Source: Clostridia bacterium (lineage in GTDB: Bacteria > Bacillota > Clostridia > Christensenellales > UBA1242). Taken from it: DNA of 64,000 nucleotides. Positions 49,929-59,945 of the stretch are shown here, piece after piece. Position numbers and translations under genes: made by a program. Location: assembly GCA_017537515.1 (NCBI GenBank), contig JAFYKO010000122.1, positions 3,866 to 67,865 of the forward strand, given 5' to 3'. Below the pieces are notes generated by a model that did no database searches, was not told where the DNA came from, and saw only the letters and a list, made by a program, of their open reading frames with translations. Numbering within the stretch: the stretch's first letter is position 1; every line of letters starts with the position of its first letter.

Positions 49929-50699
49929 TTAACGCTTACGGAATTTCCGTATTTGCTCCAATATAGCCTTACGCTTACTATGGACCGCAACAGGCTTGTG
50001 GACAATTACAGGCTTGCTTGCATACGTTAAATTGTGACCTGTATGCTTATTCAAAATATAACTACGCTCATACATAATGCAGACGTAATCGGTATAGTCA
50101 AAAGACAATATCTTATTGTAATCGTCCCTACCCATATCATACCGAAAATCCAAACACAAGATTTCTTGGAAATAGGGGAGTAATAACGGAATTAAAGGGA
50201 TAGACATACTATCGCAATTAAGCAACAGCCTACGTCCACTACTAGAACCTGGGGGATTATCCACTTTATACAAAACGCTTTCGTGTGGATAGCGAATAAC
50301 AGAATGATACTTTGTTATACCACCACCTGCACAGCATTCACGATAACTATGCAGTGTTATAGCCCGTGTTCTAAACCTATAAGCATCGCATATAAAGTCA
50401 TCTTTCCACAAGTGCCTATCATACCTAGAATCCCCTTCGGGGTCTGCAACTAATTTGAAGTCCCCAGGATTAAAGGGTATATCTAACTTTTTAGCCAAAT
50501 ACGGAAAGAATGTGCCCCACACATACGGAAAAACCCAATGGTGCTTATTCAATAGCCCGTCCGTGTCTTTATTATAAGTCGGGAACTCAACGTCAGTTAA
50601 ATCTTCAAACCTAGAATCTATGGAATGTTTTTCCCTTGAATAAATATCCCACAACACGCAGCGATAGACGTGTTCGGCTGTAATAGCGGACTCTATCAT
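49929..50699 (-). CDS. hypothetical protein, weak resemblance to AlgX/AlgJ/DHHW-type SGNH O-acyltransferases (256 aa)
   Basis: YDRHLW and LNCDSMS are reminiscent of the D.HW and GDS blocks. ATGA-coupled to the glycosyltransferase gene. AT-richer than its surroundings by eye. Confidence 0.3.
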   Translation of the reverse strand: MIESAITAEHVYRCVLWDIYSREKHSIDSRFEDLTDVEFPTYNKDTDGLLNKHHWVFPYVWGTFFPYLAKKLDIPFNPGDFKLVADPEGDSRYDRHLWKDDFICDAYRFRTRAITLHSYRECCAGGGITKYHSVIRYPHESVLYKVDNPPGSSSGRRLLLNCDSMSIPLIPLLLPYFQEILCLDFRYDMGRDDYNKILSFDYTDYVCIMYERSYILNKHTGHNLTYASKPVIVHKPVAVHSKRKAILEQIRKFRKR

Positions 50700-52654
50700 T
50701 CAATCCCTGCCATTGCTAAATACTTCAAAGCGTTCTTACGAACGTCCAATTCTTTTTCAGCAAATGACCGCATAACTGCACCATCCGCAGGATTATACTT
50801 CTTCAACTCCCGAACAAGCATATCGGCTGTATGAATAGTTGGGAACCCACGACCTGTAAAATTCGTCTTTGCGAAATCATACCATTTATCCGAAGTCACA
50901 TAGCCACAGCCCGTAAACGGGTTTAACTTACGATTATCCCAAGAAATACACGCCCTGCCACAAGCCATAGCGTCATACAACGAACGACCTATGCCCACTA
51001 CAATGTCAGCATCATTTATCAAGTCTTCTATATGCCATATACGGGAACCGACTTCTTTTGGGACATTCCTAAACTGCCAACCCAATTTGGAGCAGGCTTC
51101 CTTTAACAGACTATCATCCCCCTGGCATATAGAAAGCACACGTGGAACCTCATTTAACGGACGTTTAGAACAATAGCGAACCAGGTCTATGCCATTTCGG
51201 ATAATGTCAGTTTGATACCCACGGACTTTCAAGTATAATTGGATTTCTTCGGAAATAGATACAAACGCACGGGAACCCTTTACAGGAAATTCCAAATTAG
51301 TAAACGCACTATGACACGTCTGCACAACGGGGCATTTACCCAAGAAGTATTTACCACTTTGCTGATTAGCAAAACAAGCCAACAATGGGGTCCCCTCAAT
51401 ATACGGGCGAACCCCCGCTTCCATTAAATACTTTTCAGTGACACCCGTCCCGTCCATATTTGGGGCATAGTAATAAACCGTATAACCTAAATCCTGGAAC
51501 GCTCTACACAAAGCCCAATTAAATGTGTCGGTCCCGCCAATCCACTTATATGTTCCATTAGCAACACAGATATTACGGGCACCCGAAGTAAACAAATTAT
51601 TGAAATCCACCTTATACGCAGGGGCTACATTGTTATCATATAACAAATAGGCACCACTCACAGGACACAAAGTAGATACTTCCTTTTGCTCAAAGCACAA
51701 ACTTAAAAATTGTTCAACCGTGTAGGGGTCCGAAATCCACAAACTTCTATTACGTTCTTCAAGTGTGGCACCCAAATCGTCAAAACGTTTCTTCAAAAAC
51801 GACCCATCAAACGCCTGGAAAGAACCTGTGTAATGACCGCTTACAGGTAAACTCCATTTAGGAATTATACCCCTGTTCAAGTAATGCAGCGTAGGACGAT
51901 TCGGGTAAAGTAAAGGTCCAATAGCAATAGCACTTTTTGGGGAATCCTCAAAAAGATACCTATACATAACATAGCACCAATACAAGATATTTACTGCCGT
52001 TATCTTTATAGGGGACCCATTCCTGTATGAGCCTGTGACTATGGAATCGGCTATGTGTGTCACTCCCTTAAAATGGGTGTAATACACAAACTTTCCTGTA
52101 GCAACAGCGTGTTCAACACATTCCTTAAATGTGTCGTGTTCCCAACTACGCTTTTGCGGAACAATCTTAAAATCTATAACAGCCTTACCGCAAGACAAAA
52201 TAGCCTTGGCTTTCTGCATAGCAAAGGACATTCCACTTTTCGCAGCACAACGTATATGGATAACTTCAACCCTATCCATAACGTTAAATAATTGGAGCAT
52301 ATTCAAATGGAATATCTCGCAGGTAGTCAACCTATCTACACGCCTATCCCTATAAAACCAATGTATAAACAATTCCCCACGTTGAGGACCATCATACGGG
52401 CACCGATAACTTTGTAGAACCGTGAGCCTGTCAAATAAAGACTTGTCCCCATAAGCGAACGGACCCCTGGAATTACCCAAATTAAGCAGGGAACGTCTTT
52501 GGGAAATAGCCTCCTGTAATTCCTTACTATTGTTCGGTTGAGAACTAGGCAGAATCGCCTGGACTGCGGGGGCTGCAACAATGTGTGGGGGTCGTTTAAT
52601 CTTTTTAAGTTGTTTCAAAGTGGCAAGCAAGTTGCCCCTTGTCAGTCGGCTCAT
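50696..52654 (-). CDS. two-domain protein with C-terminal GT-B (GT4-like) glycosyltransferase domain (652 aa)
   Basis: The C-terminal half has GT4-like blocks: NGIDLVRY, VLSICQGDD and ADIVVGIGRSLYDAMACGRACISWD (compare E..G..lEAmAcG.PVI). Confidence 0.55.
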   Translation of the reverse strand: MSRLTRGNLLATLKQLKKIKRPPHIVAAPAVQAILPSSQPNNSKELQEAISQRRSLLNLGNSRGPFAYGDKSLFDRLTVLQSYRCPYDGPQRGELFIHWFYRDRRVDRLTTCEIFHLNMLQLFNVMDRVEVIHIRCAAKSGMSFAMQKAKAILSCGKAVIDFKIVPQKRSWEHDTFKECVEHAVATGKFVYYTHFKGVTHIADSIVTGSYRNGSPIKITAVNILYWCYVMYRYLFEDSPKSAIAIGPLLYPNRPTLHYLNRGIIPKWSLPVSGHYTGSFQAFDGSFLKKRFDDLGATLEERNRSLWISDPYTVEQFLSLCFEQKEVSTLCPVSGAYLLYDNNVAPAYKVDFNNLFTSGARNICVANGTYKWIGGTDTFNWALCRAFQDLGYTVYYYAPNMDGTGVTEKYLMEAGVRPYIEGTPLLACFANQQSGKYFLGKCPVVQTCHSAFTNLEFPVKGSRAFVSISEEIQLYLKVRGYQTDIIRNGIDLVRYCSKRPLNEVPRVLSICQGDDSLLKEACSKLGWQFRNVPKEVGSRIWHIEDLINDADIVVGIGRSLYDAMACGRACISWDNRKLNPFTGCGYVTSDKWYDFAKTNFTGRGFPTIHTADMLVRELKKYNPADGAVMRSFAEKELDVRKNALKYLAMAGIE

Positions 52655-52677
52655 AAAACTATGTCCTTATAAAGTGA

Positions 52678-53268
52678 TTACCAAACACGCCTGCCCGAAA
52701 AGAAATACGGCTTCGGAATGCCCGTGTAGGCTTCGTTCCGCAAGTCCGTAATGTTTTCGGGGTCGCAGTCACGGTTTATCATAATGAAATTCTTCCAATA
52801 CTCAACGCCCTTTTCGCCCTCGGCAAACATTTCGGGTCCGTCCAACTCAATCGGCTGCGACGGATATTTAGAGAACTTCAAGCGTTGACCTATCACAATC
52901 TTGCAGTGTGCCACGAACAGGTTTTCCAATTCTTCGGGAAGACCCGCCAGGTATGCGTTGTTCGCATTCAAGGCGATAGTGACGGTGATAGTCCCCGTCC
53001 CATTGAAAACCCTGGTCTGTGTTTCTACGAACTCCGACAACTTACCCGTCTTTCCGTCAACCGTCACGACCTGGTTCATAAGAATGTCGGGGACGTAATC
53101 CCCGCTTTCAATGGAATAGTTGTAGGTATTCGTGCGGGGAAACAGGCGATACTTGCGATACCAATGCAACGCCTTGTTATACATACGCTTGATAACAGCG
53201 TCCGTAATAAGTTCTTCGGTTTCAATGTTAAGTTCTTCGTCAAGAACGTCACGCAGACTAACAGCCAA
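52678..53268 (-). CDS. hypothetical structural-module protein (196 aa)
   Basis: ORF track. GGAGG SD lies 18 nt after the stop of 53287..54582. Confidence 0.6.
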   Translation of the reverse strand: MAVSLRDVLDEELNIETEELITDAVIKRMYNKALHWYRKYRLFPRTNTYNYSIESGDYVPDILMNQVVTVDGKTGKLSEFVETQTRVFNGTGTITVTIALNANNAYLAGLPEELENLFVAHCKIVIGQRLKFSKYPSQPIELDGPEMFAEGEKGVEYWKNFIMINRDCDPENITDLRNEAYTGIPKPYFFSGRRVW

Positions 53269-53286
53269 AATATACCTCCTTTAATC

Positions 53287-54582
53287 TTATACAAAAATGT
53301 AATAATTCCATTTTCGTTTATTATAGAAGTTACTAAAGACTGCATTTCCGAAATAGTCGGATAGCAGGAAACGATATTTGAGTTTCGCTTCTTTAACTTT
53401 TCGGAATAAGTCCTTCCAAGATTTCACTCCACCAAGCGTTTGCTTCCATCGCTCGTCTTGGGTTTCAACGTTAAACCTCGGATAGAACCATCCCTTTTCA
53501 AATTTCTTATATGCCCTACGTGCTATTTCAATAGACGCTGCTACCATATCGGGTGTATTTTCATTCCCGTATGCAAAATTACCCACGATAGACGAATAGG
53601 CGGGGTTGACTTCAACCAACTCATACCTGTGTATGCCCGCAAGCATTTTGAGTTTATTCACGAACAGTTGGCGTTCCCACTTATTATTAGCGAGCCTGTT
53701 AAAAGTTTTGCCCTTCTGTTTATCGGACGGCTTCATAGACAAGTCTTCAACCGCTAGTTTACTGCATTTCCAATAATCTACAAGTTTGTTAATCCTATGG
53801 GCAATAGCAAGCGTTTCGTGTTTCAACTTGTTCGTAAAATACTTTGATTTTATATGGGTGCTTGCTTTACCACTAGGTTTTGTGAGAGCCGTCAAGTCAA
53901 ACACCTCTTTGTGCAAGACCTTAAATTCATCATTTTTATCAAACTCAATAACTGACACCCCTATATAGTTGGGGTTCATATCTATGCCAAGAACCCTGTT
54001 CTGTTCCAAGCCCTTGTAGGCTTCATTGTAAATAAGAGTTTCGTCATAAGTAAGAAACAGGTATTTATCCGTAAACTTTACCGTAACAGGCATTTTCTTT
54101 TGGTCGGCTAACTCTTGAACCTTTGCTAACTCTTGGGCTAACTTCTTTTTTACAGGACAGAACTTTATTTCTTTACGAATGCCCCGACTAGGCTTATAGT
54201 TCACTACATTATTTTCAAAGTCAAATGAAAACAAACGATTCCCGTGATAGTTAGACTCACCTATACTGCACAGGGGCATCAACCTTTTTTGTCTAAACTG
54301 TTCTTTAGTTATCAATCCTTTAAGGTATTGTTTAAGATTAAGTTTACCACCGAACAGGACTTTCTTACCCTTATTAAGCGTAACTACCCCGTGGGCTTCC
54401 TTTGCTGCGGAAGACGCAAGCCAACTGCATACGCCAAACAAGTTTTGTAATCTCTTACGTGCTTCATTTTCGGAGCAACCCTCTTGAAGACGGTTGTAAG
54501 CCATACGGAACATACTGCTATACACACGTATAGCGTCCGACAGGTCGGGATTGTTCGTAATGGCTAGTTTCAATGTCTTCAA
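53287..54582 (-). CDS. TnpB/Cas12-type RuvC protein lacking the zinc-ribbon domain, paralog 2 (431 aa), TTG start
   Basis: Same three RuvC motifs as 29066..30394 (GIDMNPNYIGVSV, KLAVEDLS, NPAYSSIVGNFAYGNENTPDMVAASIEIARRAY). The TTG start lies 1 nt after the upstream TAG and has a GGAGGT SD inside that upstream gene. Confidence 0.75.
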   Translation of the reverse strand: MKTLKLAITNNPDLSDAIRVYSSMFRMAYNRLQEGCSENEARKRLQNLFGVCSWLASSAAKEAHGVVTLNKGKKVLFGGKLNLKQYLKGLITKEQFRQKRLMPLCSIGESNYHGNRLFSFDFENNVVNYKPSRGIRKEIKFCPVKKKLAQELAKVQELADQKKMPVTVKFTDKYLFLTYDETLIYNEAYKGLEQNRVLGIDMNPNYIGVSVIEFDKNDEFKVLHKEVFDLTALTKPSGKASTHIKSKYFTNKLKHETLAIAHRINKLVDYWKCSKLAVEDLSMKPSDKQKGKTFNRLANNKWERQLFVNKLKMLAGIHRYELVEVNPAYSSIVGNFAYGNENTPDMVAASIEIARRAYKKFEKGWFYPRFNVETQDERWKQTLGGVKSWKDLFRKVKEAKLKYRFLLSDYFGNAVFSNFYNKRKWNYYIFV

Positions 54583-54583
54583 A

Positions 54584-55393
54584 CTAGGACCTCCCCGCCC
54601 GCTGCACGGCTACGTCACGGATATGCTTCATAGCGTCGGCAAATTCAGCCAACAGCACCATCTGTGTAGAAGCCATAAATTCGGGACCCAACGTGTCAAA
54701 CACAATGTATTCGCTAACTTCGGCAGCATTCTTAACGCCATCAAGATACAAGCGAACCTTGTAATCAATTTCCATTTCGGGACAAAGGTTCACGACACCC
54801 GATGTCTTGGAAACATACAGAAGTATCGGGTCTTCGCTTATAGTCTTGTATTGCAAGTTCCCGCCATAGGCAGACGGGTCAAGTTGGTTATAGACAGTAA
54901 CCTGCTCCCAATGGGTAGTATCGCTAGGCGGGTATGCGTCTGCGTCTTCCACATTTTCAATGCAGCGGTAATACTCATACACGTCGTTGCTGCCCAAATA
55001 CCAAACAGTGTCGCCCACCCTGTAGTCGCCCTTTTTGGCAAACGGGGCGAACATATAGTAAAGGTCAGCCAACACAGCGATAACATTGTAGGACACTTCC
55101 TGCGTGGGCAGGAACGTAAATTCAATATCCAGGGCAGCAATCGGTTTACCCGTTTCTTCGCCCTGGCTGTCATACATACACGGAAGGTAACTTGTGCAAG
55201 GAAGGTCGGCACCCTCAATAGCGGAATCCGAAATGTCGGACCACTTGAGTGCAGCGACTTCATCCACGGAAGCCATCCCGCTAGAAACGTTGCAAAGCGT
55301 AGCACCACGGATAATGAGTTTGGCACCCGTAGCGACCGCACGGGCTAACGCAAGGCTACCCTCGTTAGTGAGCATATCATACTTTGTTGCCAT
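54584..55393 (-). CDS. tail-fibre-type protein with P2 gpH-like N-terminus (DUF3751-like) (269 aa)
   Basis: YDMLTNEGSLALARAVATGAKLIIRGATLCNVSSG resembles the FRTVITTAGAAKLAAATAPG...MAVGDGGG opening of P2 gpH-type fibres. Confidence 0.45.
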   Translation of the reverse strand: MATKYDMLTNEGSLALARAVATGAKLIIRGATLCNVSSGMASVDEVAALKWSDISDSAIEGADLPCTSYLPCMYDSQGEETGKPIAALDIEFTFLPTQEVSYNVIAVLADLYYMFAPFAKKGDYRVGDTVWYLGSNDVYEYYRCIENVEDADAYPPSDTTHWEQVTVYNQLDPSAYGGNLQYKTISEDPILLYVSKTSGVVNLCPEMEIDYKVRLYLDGVKNAAEVSEYIVFDTLGPEFMASTQMVLLAEFADAMKHIRDVAVQRAGRS

Positions 55394-55395
55394 AA

Positions 55396-55623
55396 CTAAA
55401 ATTCCTCCAGGGCTTTGTCAACCGTATTTTCGGCAGCGTCCTGCGTAAGACCGCCAACAGGGATAGAAAGAACCATCACGTCACTGTCGTAAACGTCAAT
55501 AGCCACTCCCTTGTCGTCAGCAGACACCGCAGCGGAATAACCCGCAGGCAAATTCCTGTTGGTATATTGCTTCAACGCCTGTGCGTCAAGTTCGCTCGCC
55601 TCGTTTTTCTTGAACTTCCTCAT
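55396..55623 (-). CDS. hypothetical protein (75 aa)
   Basis: ORF track. Confidence 0.5.
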   Translation of the reverse strand: MRKFKKNEASELDAQALKQYTNRNLPAGYSAAVSADDKGVAIDVYDSDVMVLSIPVGGLTQDAAENTVDKALEEF

Positions 55624-55638
55624 AGTCTAAATATACCT

Positions 55639-58599
55639 TTATTCTTCGTTTTCTTCAAACGTAAACTTGAACAGATATTCGGAACTGCTCGCATCGTCAA
55701 CCAGGCGTTCCGTAAACGGAACGATAATCATACCACGGATGAAGCCGTCCTTGTCCCAAAGATACAGGAAGCGGGGAATACCTCCGCCAACGCTCAAGGT
55801 CGGTTCGTCGGGGTCCCAGGCGAATGTCAAGTTCTTCACTTCGGGGGACGTGACATTCACAATCATACTCTTAAAGGTTGCAACGTCGCTAACCCAACAA
55901 CCTACCATCTTTACACCGTCAAGCGGATGCCAATCCGCAAACGGCATAACTTCATCCATAGTCCATTCGGGGTCATTGAAGATATACTGCCACTGCAACG
56001 CTTCTGCCGTCACTTTCAAAGTGTTCGTATCAATTCGGAGCGTAATAGCAGCCATACCCTTACACAAGTAAATGTCGGAGCCGTGGCGGTCATTGTCCGT
56101 AGGATTCATTTGGGTGGCATCCTCAAAGCCGTCGAACCCGTGGTCGCCAGGACGTGCCTTGTAATCGTCGGTGCCTGGGGAATCGGGATTACCCAAGCAA
56201 CCAATCGTATAGCGGGAAGTCCAACACCATTTATATCGGACAACATCACCCATATCGTCGTAATCAATCCCACGGGCTACCTTGTAGATTACAGAAGCGT
56301 CGTCACCCGTGTATTTGATACGCATATACACAGCCTGGTCAAACGCAAAGTAGCGGTAAGTCCCCTTGTTCACAAAATCAATGCACTGCGTCCAATCGGA
56401 GTCGGGGCTATCTTCTGCCAACGGCTCATAAGAATAGAATACTGTCGGGTAGCATTCCTTGACCTGCATAGTGATAAAGTCAAAATACTTGCCAGGGAAC
56501 AGTTTCAGCCCGATAGGTCCCCCCCAGGAATCCTGCAATACAACAGGCTTGGAAATCCCACGCAGGCGGGTGCGTCCTACCGTAGTAAGACGGATTTTCA
56601 AACGGAAATAAATGTAGATAGGGATTTCGTAAGAAAGCAGCGTAGTGAGTGCGAGCGACAAACCCACAAAGGTGTCGTCGTCAATCCACTGCAAGCCATC
56701 GCCCATATCAATAATGCCGTCCGAAGCCAAGCGGTCCAACAGACTTGCGTCTGCCCTGTAATAGCGGTTGTTCACGGAATAATCATATTCCGACACGTTC
56801 CTGTCGCTACCGATATGTTCAAACGAATAGAACTTTTCCCAATTACCTGCATCCGTCGTTTCATTGTTGCGGGTGTAAACCCAAACGGTATCGGGGTCTT
56901 CACCTTCCTGGGAATAACGAATCCAGGGCACATCCATATCGGGGTCGTCCTTAACCAAAAGGGAACGTCCCTCGGTCCAAACCTTGTCAGCCTTTACGGA
57001 CTTCGCAATCTGCTTGACCTTGCCGATTTCAGTATAAACGTCCTTGATTTCAGCCTTATTGCCACCGTCATACTGCGAATAGATAACCGACGGGGAACCC
57101 CTACGCAGGTTAGTAATATCCATACCAATAGCGTTCATAGCAGCCTTAATACCAGGGAACGTTTCCCTAGTCCTGTAAAGCAACGCCCACAAAAGAACAC
57201 TATACTTGGAGCCTAACGCATCCACAAGGGCATACGGAATATCCACCATTTTGGCGTAGATACGGAACGCTTCTTCACGGGCGGGACAGGTTTTGCTAAC
57301 CACCGCATTCGTGGCGTTCGTGTAAGGCTTGATTATCGGGTCCCGAAGCATAGTGGAATTACTTTCACTATACACTTCGGTCCAATGCGGGTTCTTGTAA
57401 TGTCCTGGGCGGTAGGCTTCTTCAATACCATCTTCGGCAATAGACGTATCGTTTCGCTGATACAGCGTGATAACGTTATCGTCAATAACAGACACCAGGT
57501 CGCCCGTTGCATAATCCAAGAAATACTTGCGGTCGTAATGACCCCAATAGTGACGAACAGGGAACGCACGGAGCAGGTCCATCTTAAACAAATAACCACC
57601 AACGTCCAGGACCGCCCACAGCGACGTAAGTTCATATTCCCCGTCGGGAAGTCCAATAGGCTCAACGGAGTAATAGCAACCCCGCAACCAATACGTGCGG
57701 TCAACACCGTCCTCGGCAAACGTAGCCGTCGGCAGGACGCTACCCGTGATAGTCTTCTTGTCGTCGTTCGGGTCGGGATATTGCCTGGTAGGAATATAGT
57801 CAAGAGCGTAGTAATCCGAACCGCAATAGTTGACAATATCTCCCTTTGTGTAAACGTCCTGGTTAGAGAACTGCGGGCAAATAAGCGTCACGCCTAGCAT
57901 ACGAGGAATGCCATTCACGACAACTTCGGTGCCCACAGGAAGACGTGGACCCGAAATGAACAAGCGTTTGTCAATCACGATAGCACGGGCAGCCCTATAC
58001 TTCAATGCAGCAAACTGACTGACCGCTGCGGGAGCGTTAGCCTGTTGGAAATTGTAAATAGGCACACCCGCTTCATAGAGAGCCTCATTGAACTGTGGTT
58101 CAATCACAAGGCGGTTCAAATCTGCAAGAGCCTTGTTAGAGCGGTTCCACGGGGTCACGATATGGCGAAGCAGCGGGGGTTCTTCAATAGAAACCCAGGA
58201 ACGCCAAATGGGTGTAGTTTTTTCGCCACTAACGGAAATCGTGAAGTCCAGGGCATACAGACCTGGTGTTTCGGGGTTAGGGTGGTTCACAGAAACCCTA
58301 TCCGAAACGTCAACGGAATAGTTCCCGTAGGACACTTCCACACGGGGATATTCCACAACGTAGTCAACGTAAGCGTCAACTTTCAAAACTTCTGCGGGCA
58401 ACTGCGTAAGCGTGATAGTGGGCTTCACGTCTTCGGGCAGAGGTTCCGTAACATAGCCCGAAATAAACTCACGCCAATACGTCAAGAGGGTGTCGTCTTC
58501 AACAGGGCGAAGCACAACTTCGTCCGAAGACGCAGACACGACAATGTAAGTCCGTTTATAACTTGTATCTACAAATCCGTTCATTAGCCAACCTCTCAA
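55639..58599 (-). CDS. large tail-fibre or baseplate-associated structural protein (986 aa)
   Basis: Size and position in the baseplate/fibre operon. 4-nt overlap with the upstream gene. Confidence 0.55.
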   Translation of the reverse strand: MRGWLMNGFVDTSYKRTYIVVSASSDEVVLRPVEDDTLLTYWREFISGYVTEPLPEDVKPTITLTQLPAEVLKVDAYVDYVVEYPRVEVSYGNYSVDVSDRVSVNHPNPETPGLYALDFTISVSGEKTTPIWRSWVSIEEPPLLRHIVTPWNRSNKALADLNRLVIEPQFNEALYEAGVPIYNFQQANAPAAVSQFAALKYRAARAIVIDKRLFISGPRLPVGTEVVVNGIPRMLGVTLICPQFSNQDVYTKGDIVNYCGSDYYALDYIPTRQYPDPNDDKKTITGSVLPTATFAEDGVDRTYWLRGCYYSVEPIGLPDGEYELTSLWAVLDVGGYLFKMDLLRAFPVRHYWGHYDRKYFLDYATGDLVSVIDDNVITLYQRNDTSIAEDGIEEAYRPGHYKNPHWTEVYSESNSTMLRDPIIKPYTNATNAVVSKTCPAREEAFRIYAKMVDIPYALVDALGSKYSVLLWALLYRTRETFPGIKAAMNAIGMDITNLRRGSPSVIYSQYDGGNKAEIKDVYTEIGKVKQIAKSVKADKVWTEGRSLLVKDDPDMDVPWIRYSQEGEDPDTVWVYTRNNETTDAGNWEKFYSFEHIGSDRNVSEYDYSVNNRYYRADASLLDRLASDGIIDMGDGLQWIDDDTFVGLSLALTTLLSYEIPIYIYFRLKIRLTTVGRTRLRGISKPVVLQDSWGGPIGLKLFPGKYFDFITMQVKECYPTVFYSYEPLAEDSPDSDWTQCIDFVNKGTYRYFAFDQAVYMRIKYTGDDASVIYKVARGIDYDDMGDVVRYKWCWTSRYTIGCLGNPDSPGTDDYKARPGDHGFDGFEDATQMNPTDNDRHGSDIYLCKGMAAITLRIDTNTLKVTAEALQWQYIFNDPEWTMDEVMPFADWHPLDGVKMVGCWVSDVATFKSMIVNVTSPEVKNLTFAWDPDEPTLSVGGGIPRFLYLWDKDGFIRGMIIVPFTERLVDDASSSEYLFKFTFEENEE

Positions 58600-59942
58600 T
58601 CATATTCCGTCGGGGACATAGGCATCATATAGGCATACAGGATTCCACCTATAATGGACCACTTAAAGATAAAATCTATTGACGAATATGGTGGGAACGT
58701 AATGTAGTTCAAGTCTTCCACGGCACCGTAAACAGTGTCGTCTTTTTTAATAGAACCCTGTGCTGCGGAACCAGCTATGTCGCCAAATGTAGTGGCAACG
58801 GCACCCACTACGTTTGTAATCCACGCACTTTCCCGCTCGCTATCTATTTTGGCAACGGTGAAAGCCCAGGCGTTGCACAACTTTAATTTCTTGGAAGTCG
58901 GATTACGAACCTGGAATACCCTGTTAGCACGTTCTTCTGTAGGTTCCAACAACGTCACATAGCAAGTACCATACCAATGGTCTTTCGTGCGGGTGCCCTT
59001 AAACGGATAAAGCATAACAATGTTCGGGACTTCCGTTTCAGCCATTTCCTCGGTCATACTGTAATCGGGATAGTTTACCTTTGGCAGCGGATAAGTTTCA
59101 AACTCAATGTCAGTATAACCTCCATCGCCACGTCCCGAACTTCCACCATACGATATGCCCTTGAACACGGGTATTTCAACAATCACACCTGCGTGATAAG
59201 ACTTGAACTGACGGGTATATTCGGAATAACTGTTATAGTCATAACGGAAATACCCCGTCACCTTATACAACCCCCACACATCCCTGGATTCACACTGCGT
59301 ATAGCACGACAAGTCATAAGAACCATTCCACCTGGTAGGGAACTTCAAGGCTGCGTCCCACCTAATCTTCGACAAGTCCACTGTAAGCGGATTGATAAAC
59401 GGAGAATCGCTTCTGTTTTGAATACTTCCGTTTTCAAGGTTTAGTTCGTTCGTTTCAGCAACCTGCGAAACGTTAGCGTTATACGTTGAAAGTTCTTCTG
59501 TAGCCTCCAACTTCGTAATGATAGCGTCGCTAGGAATATCCACAGAATCTGCCACCAACTCTACAATAGTCCCGTCAGTTATTTGCAGGTCTGTGGAAGT
59601 GTCACCTATTTCGGGAAAGTTCGCTTTAAGCGGGGAACCCTCAATGTCAAGATTCAAAGTCGTCTTTTGATACTTACCACCCTGGATAGGAATAGTAGTT
59701 ATTTCGGGGATTAACTCCGCAACGGCACCTACAATTACTTTCAAAAAAGTAGCATTACACATACCCCGAACAAATTCAAAAGTAGGCACAACGTCAACGG
59801 AGCCATCAGACCACTTGATTTCAACAACGCCCTTGTCATCACTGCTATCTTCGGGATGCAGGTCATACAAGGCGTAAAGAAAAGCCTTTACGTCAAATTG
59901 AAGTTCCCTAAAAGTCCGAATAGCCGTATGAGCGTTCAACAT
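58596..59942 (-). CDS. hypothetical baseplate/fibre-module protein (448 aa)
   Basis: ORF track. Confidence 0.6.
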   Translation of the reverse strand: MLNAHTAIRTFRELQFDVKAFLYALYDLHPEDSSDDKGVVEIKWSDGSVDVVPTFEFVRGMCNATFLKVIVGAVAELIPEITTIPIQGGKYQKTTLNLDIEGSPLKANFPEIGDTSTDLQITDGTIVELVADSVDIPSDAIITKLEATEELSTYNANVSQVAETNELNLENGSIQNRSDSPFINPLTVDLSKIRWDAALKFPTRWNGSYDLSCYTQCESRDVWGLYKVTGYFRYDYNSYSEYTRQFKSYHAGVIVEIPVFKGISYGGSSGRGDGGYTDIEFETYPLPKVNYPDYSMTEEMAETEVPNIVMLYPFKGTRTKDHWYGTCYVTLLEPTEERANRVFQVRNPTSKKLKLCNAWAFTVAKIDSERESAWITNVVGAVATTFGDIAGSAAQGSIKKDDTVYGAVEDLNYITFPPYSSIDFIFKWSIIGGILYAYMMPMSPTEYD

Positions 59943-59945
59943 AAG

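Noticed and set aside
29066-54582. The two zinc-ribbon-less genes as inverted repeats of an invertible 23-kb head segment or a composite transposon
   Set aside because: Nucleotide identity is only about 75-80% with scattered synonymous differences, which is too diverged for efficient homologous inversion. Inversion would also uncouple paralog 2 from its operon. No terminal repeats are seen.
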